The notes under the pieces were generated by a model. It ran no database searches. It was not told the DNA's origin and worked only from the letters and a program-made list of their open reading frames with translations. A stretch of 64,000 nucleotides of DNA, taken from IMG/VR virus record IMGVR_UViG_3300018080_000004; one strand, 5' to 3'. Made by a program: the position numbers and the translations under genes. Positions 55,274-64,000 of the stretch are shown one piece after another; positions within the stretch are counted from its first letter, which is position 1; every line of letters begins with the position of its first letter. This stretch comes from a virus.

Positions 55274-55924
55274 ATGCCACTCGTAGCGACGACAATGCGG
55301 GAGGCCATCATCGCGGCGCTCAATGCCAAGACGTGGACGGACCCCGACACGGGGGAGTCCAGGCCGATGTTCGCCGTCCAGGCTGGGAACGCCCCCTACG
55401 TCTTCCTCGACGCGGCCTGCTCCCACTTCGTCACGCTCTGGCCGACCATAGGGCTCGACATGCAGCCGGGCACGGGGCCCCCGCCACCGGCTCCTCCTGG
55501 GACGTACACCCACGCCCACACGATGCTCGGCACGACGCTCTCGGCGCTCGTGACGGCCTACAAGACGGCCATCGAGGCGACTGCCCTTGTGAGCGGCCTC
55601 TTCACGGCCGGGCAGGGGGGCTGGGAGGTCTTCGTGGACGCCTGGGCCCAGGGGCTACTCCAGCACGTGGACAGCGTGGAGCTCATCACGCTCCCGATAG
55701 ACGGGGCGGTCCTGCACACCCACGAGTGGGCCTCCGTCCCGCTCCCGGCCGCAATCACGGCCACTGTTCTCTCGCTCCTGCCGGTGGTGGCCCCATCGGG
55801 GGGATACCCGTGGTTCGTGCAGGAGCTCGTGCTCGCGGCGGCGACGGAGTTCTCGCGGGCGATCCAGGTAGATTCTCTTCTTGCCCCGGCGCTGGGTCCG
55901 GGGCATATTCATGTGTTGAGCTGA
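55274..55924 (+). CDS. Hypothetical baseplate-region protein with three HxH motifs
   Basis: THAHT, LHTHE, GHIHV. Confidence 0.65.
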   Translation: MPLVATTMREAIIAALNAKTWTDPDTGESRPMFAVQAGNAPYVFLDAACSHFVTLWPTIGLDMQPGTGPPPPAPPGTYTHAHTMLGTTLSALVTAYKTAIEATALVSGLFTAGQGGWEVFVDAWAQGLLQHVDSVELITLPIDGAVLHTHEWASVPLPAAITATVLSLLPVVAPSGGYPWFVQELVLAAATEFSRAIQVDSLLAPALGPGHIHVLS

Positions 55925-55941
55925 CTGTCGGTAGCGACAGT
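55924..55941. repeat. Perfect copy of the palindrome ACTGTCG-GTAG-CGACAGT
   Basis: Read directly; lies between the upstream stop and the gp25-like start. Confidence 0.9.
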
Positions 55942-55951
55942 GGGGTGGAAG

Positions 55952-56365
55952 ATGGCCCTTGACATCATGCCGATCAGCGGGGTCTGGACGGGCCCGGCGT
56001 TCCCGTTTCGATACGGGGTGATGGGGGTCCTCGGCCCGAAGAGCGACGACGAGGTTCTGGCGACCGCCATCCAGGTTATCCTCAAGACGCGGGTGGGTTC
56101 CTGGAGGCCGGACCCTTCCTTCGGTTCGCACCTGTGGGACCTCATCTTCGATCCCCTCGACTCGGTTACGACACAGCTCGTCCAGTATTACACGGTGAAG
56201 GACCTCGCGGACAACTTGCCCTATATCGAGGTGCAGGGCGTCTCGGTCGCGGAGTTCCCGGCGCAGCACCTCGTCGAGGTCAAGATCGCCTACGTGCGCC
56301 AGAGCGACCCCACGGGCGCCAAGAAGCAGACGGCGGTGATCTTCGACAAGCAAAAGGCGGCATAG
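55952..56365 (+). CDS. Baseplate wedge protein (gp25/gpW-like)
   Basis: ILKTRVGSWRPDPSFGSHLWDLIFDP. Confidence 0.9.
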   Translation: MALDIMPISGVWTGPAFPFRYGVMGVLGPKSDDEVLATAIQVILKTRVGSWRPDPSFGSHLWDLIFDPLDSVTTQLVQYYTVKDLADNLPYIEVQGVSVAEFPAQHLVEVKIAYVRQSDPTGAKKQTAVIFDKQKAA

Positions 56366-56366
56366 C

Positions 56367-59282
56367 ATGGCGTCTCCAGAAGTAACGTACACGGAGCGCA
56401 CCCAGGACGCGGTGCTGCGGGCCCTGAACAAGCTCGTGCGGGTGCGGTTTCCGACCGAGTGGAAAGACGTGTTCAAGGCGGGAGTCGGGCAGGGGTGCCT
56501 GACCGCCCTGGCGTGGATGCACGGGCAGAGGACGTACTACTACAACCGCCTCTCCATCAATGCTTTCCTGGACACGTGCGACGAGCGCGAAGCTTGCCGA
56601 GCCCTGTGCAAGGCCCTGGGCTACACCATGCGCCCGGCCTCCAGCGCCTCGGTGGCCGTACGCGCTTACCCCACGCCGCCCCAGGCCGTCCCGGTGACCC
56701 TCCGGCGCGGGACCCAGCTCCAAGTGGACGACCTCATTTTCGAGGTTCCCCAGGACTACACCATTCCTGCCGGGAAGTCCTATTGGCCCGACGAGACCAC
56801 GGACAACCTAATCTCCCTCGTGGAAGGGGCCACGGAGGAGGACTCCTTCGTGGGGGACGGAACGGCCTTCCAGGAGTTCGATGTCTCGAAGGAGGGGGTG
56901 ATCGAGGGAAGCATCGAGGTATCGGTGGCCGGGGAAGTCTGGGACATCGTGGACTCGGTGATCTTCACCGAGGGGGACGGTTACGGGCGCGACTTTTTCA
57001 CCGGAGACGGGACCGACAGCCAGACCTACGAGCTCGCCCTCCTGTACGCTATCATTGACCCGGACAGTGAGGATGCGCCCATCGTTCTCGTGGGTGGCAC
57101 GAGGTGGCTTCTCGTGGACTCTTTCACCGGGGCGGCCGAGGAGTGCATCATCACCCAAGACGTGGACGGCGTTTCCACCGTCGTCTTCGGGTGGGCGGCG
57201 GACGGGTCGGCCCCTCCGAACCTCTCCCAGATCGACGTGATTTACCAGATCACCGGCCCGCAGCAACGGGTCGAAGTGAAGTACGACGACGACGACCGGG
57301 CCACCGTCGTGGCGGGCGACGGGGACTCCGGGCTCATCCCTGCCGACGGCGCGGCCGTCGTCGTCTCCTACCGCGTGGGGGGCGGCTCGCGGGGGAACCT
57401 CGACATCGGGGCGCTGGACACCACCATCCGGGGGTTCCTCCCCGACGGCAAGGAGATCAATGTCCGGCTCTATAACTACGAGCCCGGCAGCGGGGGCGAG
57501 CCCCGCGAGACCCTGAACCACGCCAAGTTCTACGCTCCGCGAGTCGCCAAGGCGAACAACCGGGCGGTCCGCAAAGAGGACTACGACGCCCTGGGGTCCA
57601 CCTACATCGACGCCCTGTACGGCGCCCCCGCCTACGCCTCGGCGAAGCTCAAGCAGGAGAAGCCGGAGCTGAACACGGTCGAGGTCGCGGTCTGGAGCCG
57701 GGACGCCGACGGCCACCTCGCCACGGCCCAGGACGCTCTCAAGGAGGCCCTTCGGGGGCACCTCCTTACGAGGCGTGTGGAGACGGTCTCCATCGAGATG
57801 GTGGACGGCACGGTGATCCACTTCGACATCGAGCTCGGAGTCTCCCTCTACGACGGCTACTACGCCGACACCGTGTTCTCGGCCATCACGACGGCGGTCC
57901 AGAAGTTCTTCGACTCCGCCCTCGTGAAGCCCGGCGACGACCTCTCGATCTCCCAGCTCTACAAGGTGCTCCAGGACATCGAGGGGGTCTACCGGGTGGT
58001 GATTTACAACCTCACCGGCACGATCAAGCAGCTCCTCACCATGACCGGGGACGGCACGTCCAAGGCGTTCTCGGACCAGTTCGTGAAGCCGGACGGCTTG
58101 GACATCAAGGGGGGCTCCATCCTCATCGAGGAGCCGAATCAATCCAACCCCACTCAGTCCGCCACGGACGACGGGGAGGGCTCCTTCGTGGGGGACATCG
58201 ACAGCGGAGGAACGAACTCGGTGGACTACGATACGGGCGTGTTCACCATCACTTTCGCCTCACCGCCCGCCACCGGCTCGACCATCTACGCCGAGGCCCG
58301 CTACATCGCCAACCTCGCCTGGGAGGAGACGCTCGACTCTTCGGACGGAACCCTCGTGGACCTCGACATCGTGTCCGAATACGCCCCCATCGTGAAGACG
58401 CCGCCCAGGGGCGTGGCTTACGGCCAGACGGTCTCTTTCACTCTTCCAGACTATCTCATGCCCGCCGAGCCGGGTCGGCTCTTCCTCGTGGGCGGCTACG
58501 GCAGCGGGGAGCTCATCGCCTACGACGATGGGGATGGGAACATCTGCGGGGACGTGGACCCGACGTACACGAACGAGATCGACTACGAGACGGGCCTTGT
58601 GTCGTTCAAGTGGAACACCACGCCGCCAGGAAGCGGAGCAGCCGCCGTCTTCAACATCTCCCCGGCCCCGGATGGCACGACTACTCGTTTCACCATCAAT
58701 GCGAGCGGGACCGTGGCGTGGCTTGCTATCCTCGCGGCCGGAAACTACAAGGGGAGGCTCCGGTTCGAGTTCTCCACCGCCTGGGCCGCCGACGGGTTCC
58801 GGGACGTGTTTGATAACTGGCAGGGACGCCTCGACGGGGAGGACGTGGATCATTTCGCCGGGGCTCAGCTCGACTATGCGAGCGGGATCGGATACCTCAA
58901 CTTCCTGTCCGCCCCCACGAGCGCCTGGGCCACGGCGGTCGGGGCTTACGTGGACCCCGTAACCGTCGCCATCTACTCGAATTTCGTGTGGTATGTGAAG
59001 ACCTCTGGAGCCCCAGGGCACGACCACTACCTCTACGCGGACAATGAGGGGCGGCTCTGGGGCGAGCCCGGATCGGCCTACCCCACGAATCAGCTCATCC
59101 ACAAGACCGGGAACCTCATCGCTCAGATTGCTTCCGGGCCCGTGGGGGCGGGGAAATCTCCCATGCTTTCTTACGATGCCTGGAGGCAGTCGGACCGGAA
59201 GGACATCCCGATAGACGCCCTCGAAATCGGCGGCCTGGGCCGTGTGATCGCCGAGGAGCTTGCGAAGGAGATCGACCTCTAA
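56367..59282 (+). CDS. Baseplate J/gp6-like wedge protein with inserted domains
   Basis: FLDTCDERE...LGY.MRP, GDGDSGLIP, YRVGGGSRGN, GGEPRET, NRAVRKEDY, KPGDDLSISQLY. Confidence 0.9.
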   Translation: MASPEVTYTERTQDAVLRALNKLVRVRFPTEWKDVFKAGVGQGCLTALAWMHGQRTYYYNRLSINAFLDTCDEREACRALCKALGYTMRPASSASVAVRAYPTPPQAVPVTLRRGTQLQVDDLIFEVPQDYTIPAGKSYWPDETTDNLISLVEGATEEDSFVGDGTAFQEFDVSKEGVIEGSIEVSVAGEVWDIVDSVIFTEGDGYGRDFFTGDGTDSQTYELALLYAIIDPDSEDAPIVLVGGTRWLLVDSFTGAAEECIITQDVDGVSTVVFGWAADGSAPPNLSQIDVIYQITGPQQRVEVKYDDDDRATVVAGDGDSGLIPADGAAVVVSYRVGGGSRGNLDIGALDTTIRGFLPDGKEINVRLYNYEPGSGGEPRETLNHAKFYAPRVAKANNRAVRKEDYDALGSTYIDALYGAPAYASAKLKQEKPELNTVEVAVWSRDADGHLATAQDALKEALRGHLLTRRVETVSIEMVDGTVIHFDIELGVSLYDGYYADTVFSAITTAVQKFFDSALVKPGDDLSISQLYKVLQDIEGVYRVVIYNLTGTIKQLLTMTGDGTSKAFSDQFVKPDGLDIKGGSILIEEPNQSNPTQSATDDGEGSFVGDIDSGGTNSVDYDTGVFTITFASPPATGSTIYAEARYIANLAWEETLDSSDGTLVDLDIVSEYAPIVKTPPRGVAYGQTVSFTLPDYLMPAEPGRLFLVGGYGSGELIAYDDGDGNICGDVDPTYTNEIDYETGLVSFKWNTTPPGSGAAAVFNISPAPDGTTTRFTINASGTVAWLAILAAGNYKGRLRFEFSTAWAADGFRDVFDNWQGRLDGEDVDHFAGAQLDYASGIGYLNFLSAPTSAWATAVGAYVDPVTVAIYSNFVWYVKTSGAPGHDHYLYADNEGRLWGEPGSAYPTNQLIHKTGNLIAQIASGPVGAGKSPMLSYDAWRQSDRKDIPIDALEIGGLGRVIAEELAKEIDL

Positions 59283-61300
59283 TGGCTCTTGCCCATCCAA
59301 TTTTCGTGCCGCTCTACGTGTCCGGAACACCGGTCAGCGTCTTGAAGATCGTACAGGGTGGCTCCTCCACGGTCGCTGGCGACGAGAACGGCGCCTGCGT
59401 CGCTTCCGTCGCCGACAGCTATCAGAAAACGGTGTTCGTGTGGAACGGCAACATCTTCATGCCCGTCGGGCACCCGACAAATTCCAATCTGGGGTGGGTC
59501 TCTTTCAACCCCAGGACGGGCAAGTTCCAGTTCGAGGTGCTCCGGAGCTACCAGGACACCCCGATCCCTATCGGGGACCGTGTGGGGATCATCCAGTATT
59601 CCTTCCACCAAAGCGGGCCTTCTCCGCGCTACATGGATCACGCCGGGGGTGCGGGTGTAAGCTTGACGGTGAACGAGTGGGCGGCTCTCGGAGACATGGT
59701 TTTATGCGCCTCAAATGGGGGGAACACCATCGTGTGGTCGTACCCCTTCACGTCGCCACCTGGGTCCGCTGCCGCCACTGTGAAAAAGCTGTGCCCGTTC
59801 AAGGGAGTCATGATGGGCGCCATGTATACCACTTCCAGTGGAGTTAGGATCTCACAGTACACGGGGGGAGCTTGGGTCAATCTGGCGGCGTATCAGCCGA
59901 TCTCCGATCAAGCTGACCTCCAGGACCATTCCGCAGAAGCGGCCTTTTTCGAGGCCGGGGACAAGCTGTGGATTCTCCTTTCGTATAACACCGGGAGCGC
60001 GACCCAGCTCCAGCGGCTCTACGAGGTGGACGAGGTTGCCGGGACAATCACGGAGCGAAATGATCTCGTCCCGGCCGGATGGAAAGTGGCTCCCGGAAAT
60101 AACTACCGACAGGTTTTCGAGGTCGTGGACGACACAGGGGGCGACCGTCTCGTCTACCTGATAGGGCATAACGGCGTAGCAACCGGATGGGACTGCTACG
60201 AGTTCGACGGGGTGAATCCCATGACTTTTGTCGCTTCCGGCGGCCACCGCCTCGGAGCGACGGCCGGGGCCATCTGGGACGAGGGGGCCCACGGGTGCCA
60301 CGTGGAGCAGTCCTTCGACTCGTCTCCTTCGGAGTACGCCACGATCAAGCACAGGGTCTACGATCTCCAGGCGAACGCCGCCGTGGACGTGGACCTCCGA
60401 TACGAGGACCTGAACGACCCCACACGGCACCCGGTGTTCCCCCAGTGCTCGGAGAAGTCCGGGGTGGGAAGTGAGGGCAAGACAAGCCTCATCTCGAAGC
60501 CTGCGGGCATCGCCGTCCTGTCCGACCTGGACGACGACTTCGAGGACGGGGTGATCGACCCAATTCTCTGGGAGCCCGTCAACATCGCCATGCGAACGGT
60601 CTCCGGTCAGGACTACGGCTTTATCAATGTGAACAATGCCCGCGTGTTCTACAAACTCGTGGAAGAAAATGGCGAGATCAGGTCCGGCGGCACGAGCCCG
60701 TCGGCCGTCGTAGCTGCATACACCGGCGTGGGGATCAAGTCTCGATGGGGCTTGAATGGTGAGTTTGTAGTCCGGGCCACCCTCGCCAATCTTGCCGCCC
60801 TTTCCTCTAACTCCTCCAAGTATTACAGAATGGTTTTCATGGTGAAGGAGGGGACGGGGAGGGCGTACGGGATTCTCATCCACAGGAACGGCCCGGTCCT
60901 GGCGGAGGCGTTTTCGGCCTCGATAGATGGTCCGATCAGTGTGGGGGCCATCGGGGCCACCGGCCTCCTGGACGGCATGGTCATCGAGATCGCCCGCGAC
61001 GCGCTGGGGAACTTCACCATGACGGTGGACGTGGGGGGCACCCCGGAAGTCCTCGGCGCCCCCGCACTCCTGCCGGTCTATACCGGCGAGATGCAGGCGT
61101 GGCTCGGAGCTTTCACGGAAACCACGAGCCAGTGGACGAATCAATCGTCCGGACCCGGTTTCGGGGACTTCAACGTATCGGGCGCCGGGAGTCTCGGAAG
61201 GTTCGAGGGGGGTGTCCTTCACGACTTCATGTGGGACCACGTGCTCGACCTGGGCGTGGGCCAGAACATCGCGGCGGCAATTCACGCGGACACGGACTAA
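59282..61300 (+). CDS. Beta-rich baseplate/receptor-binding-like structural protein
   Basis: 672 aa, Gly/Trp-rich beta strands, DDDFEDGVIDPILW (lectin/ConA-like start), TAATG-coupled. Confidence 0.65.
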   Translation: MALAHPIFVPLYVSGTPVSVLKIVQGGSSTVAGDENGACVASVADSYQKTVFVWNGNIFMPVGHPTNSNLGWVSFNPRTGKFQFEVLRSYQDTPIPIGDRVGIIQYSFHQSGPSPRYMDHAGGAGVSLTVNEWAALGDMVLCASNGGNTIVWSYPFTSPPGSAAATVKKLCPFKGVMMGAMYTTSSGVRISQYTGGAWVNLAAYQPISDQADLQDHSAEAAFFEAGDKLWILLSYNTGSATQLQRLYEVDEVAGTITERNDLVPAGWKVAPGNNYRQVFEVVDDTGGDRLVYLIGHNGVATGWDCYEFDGVNPMTFVASGGHRLGATAGAIWDEGAHGCHVEQSFDSSPSEYATIKHRVYDLQANAAVDVDLRYEDLNDPTRHPVFPQCSEKSGVGSEGKTSLISKPAGIAVLSDLDDDFEDGVIDPILWEPVNIAMRTVSGQDYGFINVNNARVFYKLVEENGEIRSGGTSPSAVVAAYTGVGIKSRWGLNGEFVVRATLANLAALSSNSSKYYRMVFMVKEGTGRAYGILIHRNGPVLAEAFSASIDGPISVGAIGATGLLDGMVIEIARDALGNFTMTVDVGGTPEVLGAPALLPVYTGEMQAWLGAFTETTSQWTNQSSGPGFGDFNVSGAGSLGRFEGGVLHDFMWDHVLDLGVGQNIAAAIHADTD

Positions 61301-62290
61301 ATGAGCGACTACCAGACAACGAAAGGCGCTACTTTCGGGATTTACTCCCGCAAGTCTTACGGTCCCGCGAGGGGGAGCACCTTCGGGGTCTACCAGCGCA
61401 AATCCTACGGCCCCTCCCAGGCGGCCGAGGTCGGGGTGGACTCCAGGAACACCACCTACATCCGGATCACCAGCGCGGTCCAGAGGCCCATCTCGAACAT
61501 CGTGGACGTGTACGGGAAGGTATACGACGATCAGGCCATGGGGATCACCCTCAAGAAAGTCCAGTGGAGCCTCTCGGAGAGTGGGCCGTGGACCGATGGG
61601 GATATTCTCGTGCTCGACCCCGCGTACACGTGGCCCGCCGCCGGGAGCCCTACCGGCTCGAACTACCGCGTGCCCTTGGACATCATCGGGGCCCCGACGG
61701 GAGCCCTGTGGTTCCGCATCGAAATGGACTACGACTCGACCACGACGGACCACGTGGCCGGGACTTTCGACTTCACGGCCTACGCGCCCGTCCCTACTCT
61801 CCCGGACTTCCTCGTGGTCCCGGAGGAGAGCCATACCGGCGACTACCGCGTGTACTGGGGCGGGGGCTTCTTGACGGACTACTACGAGGTCGAGGAGGCC
61901 ACGAACGAGGACTTCGAGGATGCCGTGCAGGTCTACTCCGGGACCGAGATCGAGCTCGACGTGGAGGGGAAAGCAGACGGGACCTACTACTACCGTGTTA
62001 GGGGGGTGAATCAGTACAACGTGGGCCCGTGGCTCGAAGGGGACAACCCTGTCGAGGTCCTCCCCCCGGTGGTTCCGTCTGTGGTTTCCGTGCCGCCGGA
62101 GTCGAGCACGGGAGCCTTTCGGATCACCTGGACCCCCTCAGAGGGGGCGGAATGGTATGAGCTCCAGGAAGCCAGGAGCAACGCTTTCTCGAACCCGACG
62201 ACGCTCTACCACGGGCCGGACGTGTTCTTCGACGTATACGGCCGCACGAATGGCCGGTACTATTACAGGGTCAGGGCAGGGAGAGGATAA
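61301..62290 (+). CDS. Fibronectin type III repeat protein
   Basis: Two FN3-like repeats (YRVYW...YEVEE...YYYRVRG; FRITW...YELQE...YYYRVRA). The second lacks its final strand. Confidence 0.8.
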   Translation: MSDYQTTKGATFGIYSRKSYGPARGSTFGVYQRKSYGPSQAAEVGVDSRNTTYIRITSAVQRPISNIVDVYGKVYDDQAMGITLKKVQWSLSESGPWTDGDILVLDPAYTWPAAGSPTGSNYRVPLDIIGAPTGALWFRIEMDYDSTTTDHVAGTFDFTAYAPVPTLPDFLVVPEESHTGDYRVYWGGGFLTDYYEVEEATNEDFEDAVQVYSGTEIELDVEGKADGTYYYRVRGVNQYNVGPWLEGDNPVEVLPPVVPSVVSVPPESSTGAFRITWTPSEGAEWYELQEARSNAFSNPTTLYHGPDVFFDVYGRTNGRYYYRVRAGRG

Positions 62291-63516
62291 TGGGAAGCTA
62301 CAGCTCGTGGGTTGTGGGGACTGACTATTGTGAGGTTCGCCGGACGCCTCGGCCGGACCTCTACAATCTCCTTCCCCGCGAGATCATCGAGCAGGATCAG
62401 CAAAGCGGGCACATGACCTATCTCGACTTCTGGGACGACCCGGAAGAGAGCGGGGTCTCCCTCTGGGACGAGGCGGGGGCCATCTGGGACAGGACCGGAT
62501 ACAAGCCTGTCCTGGAGAGCCTCTTCTGGGTTATGGAAAACGAGAGCAAGGAGGACCTCATCGAGCTGGAAAACCTGGAAGACCTCCGGGACCCGGACAG
62601 GTGCCCAGTGGAGTTCCTCCCCATCTGGGCCCGCTCCTTGGGGCACGCCCTTGAGGAGGGGCTCTCCGAAAAGGCCCAGCGAGAGACCCTCCAGGCCATC
62701 GTCCCGCTGAACAAGATCAGGGGAAAACCGATCTCGTACGTCATCTTCTATCGCATGCTCGGATACCGCATCTCGGCGTGGCCCCTGTGGAAAAAAGCCG
62801 TCCACGAGGCCCAGGACCGCTACGCCAGGACGCGCTTCGACAGCGTGTCGGCCGTGTCCGGGGAGACACTGACCACGATTCCTGTGGGGACTCTGGCGTC
62901 CCCTCCGGTGCGGCCCACGTCGCTCAGGATCACCGACGGCGTGGAGACCTTCCGGGACGACGGCAAGGGCGGCCTCATCGGGAACCAGGGCGGCACGGGT
63001 TCAATCATCTACGCCACGGGCGCGTACCGGGTGAACTTCGCCACTCCCCCTGCCGGAGCCGTCTCGGCCGACTACGACCACGTGGACGACGAATACCCGT
63101 ACCACGCCGCCCGGATCGACCTGGACGTATTCCTTGTGCCCATCGGGGGCGGTCCCCCCGCCGTCGTGGACGCCACTTTTGTCAAGAATATCCTCGACCG
63201 GCTGGACGAGGTGAACCCGATCCACGTGCTCGTGCGGGCCTTCTCATTCATATACGAGGACTCGGACACGGTGAGCGACTTCGCCAGGGACGGGGCGGGG
63301 TGCGGTCCGGAGATGGTGGAGGACTTCTGGGATGGGGGTCAGGACTTCTACGTCGGCGACCTCGGCATCGAGGGGGAGGACGGCTACCTCCAGATTTCGA
63401 GGAGCGACGGCTTCGAGGAGATTGTCCTCGACGACTTGGCTCCCCTCGTGTGCCCCGCGAGCGATACAATGACAATCACCAGCACCCCGGCGCAACCGCA
63501 CGACGGGGTGTGGTAG
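62290..63516 (+). CDS. Baseplate wedge/tail protein I (P2 gpI, T4 gp7-like)
   Basis: LYNLLP, DPDRCPVEFLPIWARSLG, KIRGKP, LDEVNPIHV. Contains one DDGxG...YxTG domain. Confidence 0.8.
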   Translation: MGSYSSWVVGTDYCEVRRTPRPDLYNLLPREIIEQDQQSGHMTYLDFWDDPEESGVSLWDEAGAIWDRTGYKPVLESLFWVMENESKEDLIELENLEDLRDPDRCPVEFLPIWARSLGHALEEGLSEKAQRETLQAIVPLNKIRGKPISYVIFYRMLGYRISAWPLWKKAVHEAQDRYARTRFDSVSAVSGETLTTIPVGTLASPPVRPTSLRITDGVETFRDDGKGGLIGNQGGTGSIIYATGAYRVNFATPPAGAVSADYDHVDDEYPYHAARIDLDVFLVPIGGGPPAVVDATFVKNILDRLDEVNPIHVLVRAFSFIYEDSDTVSDFARDGAGCGPEMVEDFWDGGQDFYVGDLGIEGEDGYLQISRSDGFEEIVLDDLAPLVCPASDTMTITSTPAQPHDGVW

Positions 63517-63526
63517 GAGGAAACGG

Positions 63527-63988
63527 ATGGCGCTACCGACCTATACGCCCATCTTCCTGTGGGACGTGCCCGCCACGAAGGCGCAGCTCCTCTCGAAGAT
63601 CGTCCGGGACAACCTGGGCTTTCTGGGGCAGCTCAACATCACGACGGACGCGGCCTACCCCCCGAACCCCAGGGACGGGATGCCCCGCATCCTCGCCGAC
63701 GACGAGACGAACGTCCGTTTCCAGATTTACTTCAACGGAGCCTGGAGGACCATCTTCCAGCACATTGAGCTGGGCATCCCGGCGCCCTTCAAGTTCATCG
63801 CCACCATCGTCGCGCCGGGGGCCGCCATCTGGACGGTGGACCACAACCTGGGCGCGTACTGCATGGTGCAGTGCTTCGACCAGAACTGGAGGCTCTTGCA
63901 GCCGTCGGACATCCAGCAAACCTCGGTGAACCGCGTGGTCATCACCCACGCCGCCGCAGAGGCCGGGTTCGCCGTCTGCATCGGATAG
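63527..63988 (+). CDS. Tail-fibre-associated structural protein
   Basis: GGAGG SD. PPNPRDG...QIYFNGAW joint motif and a WTVDHNLG domain. Confidence 0.7.
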   Translation: MALPTYTPIFLWDVPATKAQLLSKIVRDNLGFLGQLNITTDAAYPPNPRDGMPRILADDETNVRFQIYFNGAWRTIFQHIELGIPAPFKFIATIVAPGAAIWTVDHNLGAYCMVQCFDQNWRLLQPSDIQQTSVNRVVITHAAAEAGFAVCIG

Positions 63989-64000
63989 GAGAATACGATG

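Overview
The whole window is the late (virion morphogenesis) region of a high-GC (about two-thirds GC by eye), large contractile-tailed dsDNA phage with T4-like structural proteins. All credible genes are on the + strand. Order: four very large or modular head-region genes (ORF1 is open at the left edge), a ParB-like gene and a SAM decarboxylase, a T4 gp21-type prohead protease with a long extension, a gp23-type major capsid protein, a Lys-rich peptide, a radical SAM-ParB pair, neck proteins, collagen-like fibres, a glycosyltransferase/methyltransferase cluster, a holin-like gene, a beta-helix appendage, tail terminator, sheath, tube, chaperones, tape measure and baseplate. Portal, terminase and a canonical endolysin are not visible. 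The best candidate for an undescribed system is that the giant head proteins look like polyproteins: strings of 50-150 aa modules joined by recurring E-[SG]-[LV]-x-E|[AG] linkers that match the prohead-protease site seen in the capsid protein. Some modules have foreign codon usage that starts and stops at the linkers. One module closely resembles T3-type SAM lyase, an anti-restriction/anti-BREX enzyme. An 18-bp palindrome (ACTGTCG-GTAG-CGACAGT) occurs four times. All family assignments come from motif recognition by eye; no database search was run.
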